A stretch of 58,210 nucleotides of DNA, the filler included, from Sanchytrium tribonematis (taxonomy: Eukaryota), in NCBI GenBank assembly GCA_018985235.1. It is 4 parts of 4 records of this genome, joined end to end, with 100 filler letters (N's around TTAATTAATTAA, not from the genome) between each part and the next. Parts side by side here need not be neighbours in the genome. Positions count along the whole stretch, not along the records: positions 43,830 to 58,210 come from JADGIG010000170.1; 3 more parts are not named here. One strand, given 5' to 3'. The position numbers and the translations under genes were made by a program. Below are positions 53,991 through 58,210 of this stretch, piece after piece. Position 1 is the stretch's first letter. Each line of letters begins with the position of its first letter. The notes below the pieces were generated by a model. It saw only the letters and a program-made list of their open reading frames with translations, was not told where the DNA came from and did no database searches.

Positions 53991-54317
53991 ATGAGTTACA
54001 TCTTCTTACTCTCTCTACTTGTATCTGCGCAACAACCATGTGGTCAAAATCGCAATGGATGGCGTAAATGCCCTGATGAGACACCGTATTGCAGTTCTAA
54101 AACAAAAACGTGTTCCAAAAATACAGCCAATTGTGCTACAGCATATAGTTTTGGTGCGAATTGTCTTCCAATTAGTGGTGCTAGTTGTCAACATCTTAAA
54201 AATGCGAAACCAAACATGGAATGTGATCGATCTTACTCTGAATGTGTTTTAAAGCCAGTTTCAATGAATCAGAAAATTAAAACAATGAAATGGGTATATC
54301 AATGTCATGACATGTAA
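53991..54317 (+). CDS. Small secreted cysteine-rich protein, copy 2
   Basis: Tandem paralog of 53565-53858 with the same Cys spacing. Confidence 0.8.
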   Translation: MSYIFLLSLLVSAQQPCGQNRNGWRKCPDETPYCSSKTKTCSKNTANCATAYSFGANCLPISGASCQHLKNAKPNMECDRSYSECVLKPVSMNQKIKTMKWVYQCHDM

Positions 54318-54345
54318 GAAATGACAGAATAAATAACTTACAATT

Positions 54346-55131
54346 TTATTTATTTACTACTTCTTCATGATTCAATTTATATTCAATCAAATCGTAAATA
54401 TGAAACAAATGTTGTTGTAAGAAATCTCTAAATGCAGTAATCCATGGCAATGCTTTACAATCAGTCCATGATTTACAATAATGACACTCTTCACATCTCT
54501 TTTTAATCACACAATCTAATATTTTATTAAATTGAAATTCACTAGAAAGAATTAAAGATTCTAATTCTTGTAATTTCTCAGATTTGGCATATTTAATAAA
54601 ATTGAGTAATTTATCCATAGTATATTGTAAATATGGGACAAATTTGGCTATCATGTGTTGAAATTCACTTTTATTGAGTAATAATTGGATTAATGGGTGA
54701 TTGTAAAATGTTAAATAATTGGGCCATATTTTATGAATATTATCAAAATATTGGATGATTTTGGGGTCATCACATTGTAAATCATTGGTATTTGGGGTAG
54801 ATATTGTCGTATGATTGAAATTGTTGATTAATTTGCAGTTTTCATATGCGGAAATCACATCATTTCTAACATTTTGTGATTCATATTTTTGACCATTTAA
54901 AATATTGAAATCTGATTTGGAATCACTAAATGGTTTTAAATCATTCATATGCACCCATACATATAATGTTCTAATGGTATAAACTTTGACGAGGATTAAA
55001 TTTGGATTTTGTGGTAAACTCATTTTGACAGATAATGGATTGATAATTTGAGCAGGGTAAAATGGAAGATTGTTTAATTTAGCCCAACAGATATCATTAA
55101 TGTGCCAATGACGAAAATTGGGTTGCGTCAT
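54346..55131 (-). CDS. PWWP-domain protein
   Basis: NDICWAKLNNLPFYPAQI..ILVKVY..YVWV..DLKPF. Confidence 0.7.
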   Translation of the reverse strand: MTQPNFRHWHINDICWAKLNNLPFYPAQIINPLSVKMSLPQNPNLILVKVYTIRTLYVWVHMNDLKPFSDSKSDFNILNGQKYESQNVRNDVISAYENCKLINNFNHTTISTPNTNDLQCDDPKIIQYFDNIHKIWPNYLTFYNHPLIQLLLNKSEFQHMIAKFVPYLQYTMDKLLNFIKYAKSEKLQELESLILSSEFQFNKILDCVIKKRCEECHYCKSWTDCKALPWITAFRDFLQQHLFHIYDLIEYKLNHEEVVNK

Positions 55132-55417
55132 GAATTTTGCAGCTGGTTTCAGGGAGTATTTTGGCAATTTGAACTAGCAAGTGCGTAAGGTTATAAGAGT
55201 ACTTGATATTCGTGAATGAATGAAATGATGGAACTTGAAATATTTTGCGTTAAGTCTGTGAACCCTATTTTCTAAAATAGGTCTATTTTACCACTCAATT
55301 TCAACGCAATACACTCAACATTCCTATCAATTGACTATTTCACCAATGAACAAGACAACTTATTCCTAAGATATCCTATTATTTACTATAAAAGAGCCAC
55401 TAGATTTATTTTTTATC

Positions 55418-56224
55418 ATGATCTTTGCCACTTTCTATGCAACACCTTTAGTAAACAGATACACTGACCAAAATCAACCAAATTTAGCAACTTCACCTCC
55501 AAACATGCCATATACCAGCACCCCAGTCCCTCAAACACCCTCAAAACTACCAAATCGTATTTATCCGTCTTGGAAACACATTTCAGGTGTCTTAAGTCAA
55601 ATTACCATCAATGATTTCTTAGCGTGTGGTACTGCTAGTGACTATACTATCTTGTGCGCACCATTAGGATCTCATGATTGGGAAGTTAAATCGGGATTAT
55701 TACAATCTATCAAATTAGATGGAAATCAAGCAGTCGGATTAGATTCACAAGGAAATATCTACTTTGCAGATGATATCAACAATCCAAATTGGCAAAAAGT
55801 AGATGGGAATCTTAGAAATATTGATTTGTCAAATGGCAAAATGGTAGGCACCAATTCAAACAATGAACTATTTGTGGCTCCTTATGGCACATCAGCTTGG
55901 AAACAATTACAAGGTGTCTTTTTAGATGTGTCTATTTATGGCAATTATATTTGTGGCATTTCATCAATGGGCAAACAATTATTTTGTGCTAAAAATGTGG
56001 ATGATCCACAATGGAAATCCATTGATTCTCCCAAATTTGATCAGATTGAATTGAGTAGAACTAGAATTTGTGGCATTACACGGCATCACGCAATGTACTG
56101 TGCACATTTAAATGGTCAAAATTGGATTAAAGTGAATGGAAATGCAAAAGATTTCGATTTAAATGACAATTTCATTTACAAATTGAGTCCTTCTGGTGCC
56201 ATTTATTCTGGCAAGTTGCAATAA
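55418..56224 (+). CDS. Tectonin-type beta-propeller lectin, copy 1
   Basis: About 6 repeats of W..I/V.G.L..I.I...CG; short signal and P/T-rich linker. Confidence 0.8.
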   Translation: MIFATFYATPLVNRYTDQNQPNLATSPPNMPYTSTPVPQTPSKLPNRIYPSWKHISGVLSQITINDFLACGTASDYTILCAPLGSHDWEVKSGLLQSIKLDGNQAVGLDSQGNIYFADDINNPNWQKVDGNLRNIDLSNGKMVGTNSNNELFVAPYGTSAWKQLQGVFLDVSIYGNYICGISSMGKQLFCAKNVDDPQWKSIDSPKFDQIELSRTRICGITRHHAMYCAHLNGQNWIKVNGNAKDFDLNDNFIYKLSPSGAIYSGKLQ

Positions 56225-56413
56225 ATTTTATTTTTCAACTACGGGGGAATACACTTGATTTGCAATTTAACCCTAATTCCTAAGAATCCTAATTTAATCT
56301 GATAAATCTGCAAAATTCCTTGGTATGTCTGTTATACCAAATGAAATGTCTTGTTATGTCTGTATTTATCTGATAGAGACTATAAAAAGAGTAATGAGTT
56401 TAGTTGGTAGAAA

Positions 56414-57181
56414 ATGCTTTTCACGACTTTTTTTGCAAAACCATTAACAAACAGCTACACTCCCCAACCCATCCAAAATACCCCTGCCAAACCAGCAGAT
56501 TATTCACCAAATACCATTACCATCTCTTGGAAACAAGTAAGAGGTAAATTACAGCAAATTGCCATCAATGATTTCATGGCATGCGGAACCACTCAAAACT
56601 TTAGAATCCAATGTTCTTCCTTTAAATCCGATTATTGGACTGAAAAACCAGGTTTATTAAAGACATTAGCATTAGATGGAAATGAAGTAGTCGGATTGGA
56701 TTCAGCAGGAAATATTTATTTTGCAAATGACATCAACAATCCAGTTTGGCAACAATTGGCGGGCACATTAAAAAATATTGATGTTTCCAATGGTAAAATG
56801 GTAGGTGTTAATGCACAACATCAATTATTTGTTGCGCCATTTGGCACATCTGAATGGAAACAGTTGCCAGGTGTCTTTTTAAGTGCAGCTATTTATGGCA
56901 CTCAAATTTGTGGTATTTCTTCCATGGATCGTCAATTATTTTGTGCTGAGAATGTAGACAAACCAAAATGGAGATCCATTGATGCACCGAAATTCAAAGA
57001 AATCAAATTGGCAAAAAACAGAATGTGCGGCATTACTCACAAGAAAGAATTATTCTGTTCCAATTCAAAAGGCATTAACTGGATTCAAGTAGAAGGATAT
57101 TATGATACCATTGATATCAATGAGAGTACTATTTACAGAACAAGTCCAGCTGCGCATGTTTACAGAGGCCTATTCCGTTAA
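56414..57181 (+). CDS. Tectonin-type beta-propeller lectin, copy 2
   Basis: Clear paralog of copy 1 (VGLDS.GNIYFA.DINNP.WQ, LFVAP.GTS.WKQL.GVFL). Confidence 0.8.
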   Translation: MLFTTFFAKPLTNSYTPQPIQNTPAKPADYSPNTITISWKQVRGKLQQIAINDFMACGTTQNFRIQCSSFKSDYWTEKPGLLKTLALDGNEVVGLDSAGNIYFANDINNPVWQQLAGTLKNIDVSNGKMVGVNAQHQLFVAPFGTSEWKQLPGVFLSAAIYGTQICGISSMDRQLFCAENVDKPKWRSIDAPKFKEIKLAKNRMCGITHKKELFCSNSKGINWIQVEGYYDTIDINESTIYRTSPAAHVYRGLFR

Positions 57182-57363
57182 GTATTCGAATAAATACATT
57201 TTATTTTAACACGGGGAATCGATTTACCCCTAATTCCTGCAAGTTCTGTGTCATTTCTATATCTGTTCTGTGATTTGGTGCATGTATTTTATAATTCTGA
57301 GAATGTCTATTACACCAATCAGAAGTACAAGGTAATATTACCAATTTATCATAAAAAGGGCAC

Positions 57364-58200
57364 ATGTACCCAAATCAACAAATGATTTTCACAACCAATT
57401 TACTCGCATTGACACCCACAATGGTAAATGCTTATGACTACACTCATGAAAGTACATCAGAAACTGAAACAATCCCACAATTATATCCTAAATGGCATAG
57501 AATCACTGAAAGACTACAAAATATTGCAGTTGGTGACTATTTGGCATGTGGTACGACTAAATTTGATCAAATTTATTGTGCTAAAGCCAAAACAGTTGAA
57601 AATGATGGTGAAACACAAGATTTAGATGAATGGAAATTAAAACAAGGCAAATTAGAGAAATTAGCCCTTGATGGATCATCAGCAGTCGGATTAGATAATG
57701 ATGGTCTCATTTACTACTCAGACAGTATGGATAAAAGTGATCCGAGTTGGGTACAAGTTGGAGAACAAGCAACTTCAATTGATATTTCAAATGGCCATAT
57801 TATTGCAATTTCGACAGATAAACAATTACTTTTAGGATCAACAGGCACCTCTACGTCATGGTCTATTATTGGAGCAGGTCATTATTATGATGCTGCTGTT
57901 TATGGAAATCAAATTTGCGCTATTTCCACAACTGGCAAAGCATTAATGTGCACCAGTGATATTTCAGTGAAACCAGTGACTTGGACTGAAATGAAATCAG
58001 CACCCACATTTATGACCATTCAAATGTCTAGAAACCGTATTTGTGGGATGGGAACAAATCACCATTTATATTGTTCAGATTCAACTGGAGAAGTTTGGCG
58101 AATTGTTCATTTGGCAACTGGATCATTTGATATTAATGAATCTACGATTTACAAGACTGGTAAATCTGGTGCTGTCTACTGGGGTGCTTTTAACAATTAA
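57364..58200 (+). CDS. Tectonin-type beta-propeller lectin, copy 3 (start may be 57382)
   Basis: More divergent paralog with the same repeat and Cys pattern. Confidence 0.78.
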   Translation: MYPNQQMIFTTNLLALTPTMVNAYDYTHESTSETETIPQLYPKWHRITERLQNIAVGDYLACGTTKFDQIYCAKAKTVENDGETQDLDEWKLKQGKLEKLALDGSSAVGLDNDGLIYYSDSMDKSDPSWVQVGEQATSIDISNGHIIAISTDKQLLLGSTGTSTSWSIIGAGHYYDAAVYGNQICAISTTGKALMCTSDISVKPVTWTEMKSAPTFMTIQMSRNRICGMGTNHHLYCSDSTGEVWRIVHLATGSFDINESTIYKTGKSGAVYWGAFNN

Positions 58201-58210
58201 ATTTATAAAA

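Noticed and set aside
1..58210. CRISPR arrays, rRNA, tRNA or prokaryotic operons
   Set aside because: No repeat-spacer array or recognisable structural RNA seen; gene content and introns are eukaryotic.

Overview
Eukaryotic, AT-rich, very gene-dense DNA, most consistent with an early-diverging fungus-like opisthokont (NDT80, PacC-type zinc fingers, PMT, two NADPH oxidases, GH18 chitinase, cAMP-receptor-like GPCR, paxillin, ADAM); the exact taxon cannot be fixed from sequence alone. The window is four segments (14557, 14535, 14437, 14381 bp, in descending size) joined by artificial 100-bp N/TTAATTAATTAA spacers, so gene order across spacers is probably not biological. About 45 protein genes are recognisable, mostly housekeeping, plus secreted-protein clusters (3 tectonin-type lectins, 2 Cys-rich proteins) and a Merlin/IS1595-type transposase. 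The main discovery is a miniaturised spliceosomal intron system. Eleven GT-AG introns inferred from frame and domain restoration are 19 nt (ten) or 20 nt (one), and all carry a YTNAY branch motif with the A exactly 6 nt from the 3' end. Other leads: an INO1 missing about 30 aa of its catalytic core, a transposase with a host-type 19-nt intron between possible halves of a broken M43 protease gene, a KH+SAM (Bicaudal-C-like) protein, a DNA-binding-domain-only PacC-like protein, very short signal peptides, and stop codons embedded in AATAAA. All splicing calls are inferred from DNA only.
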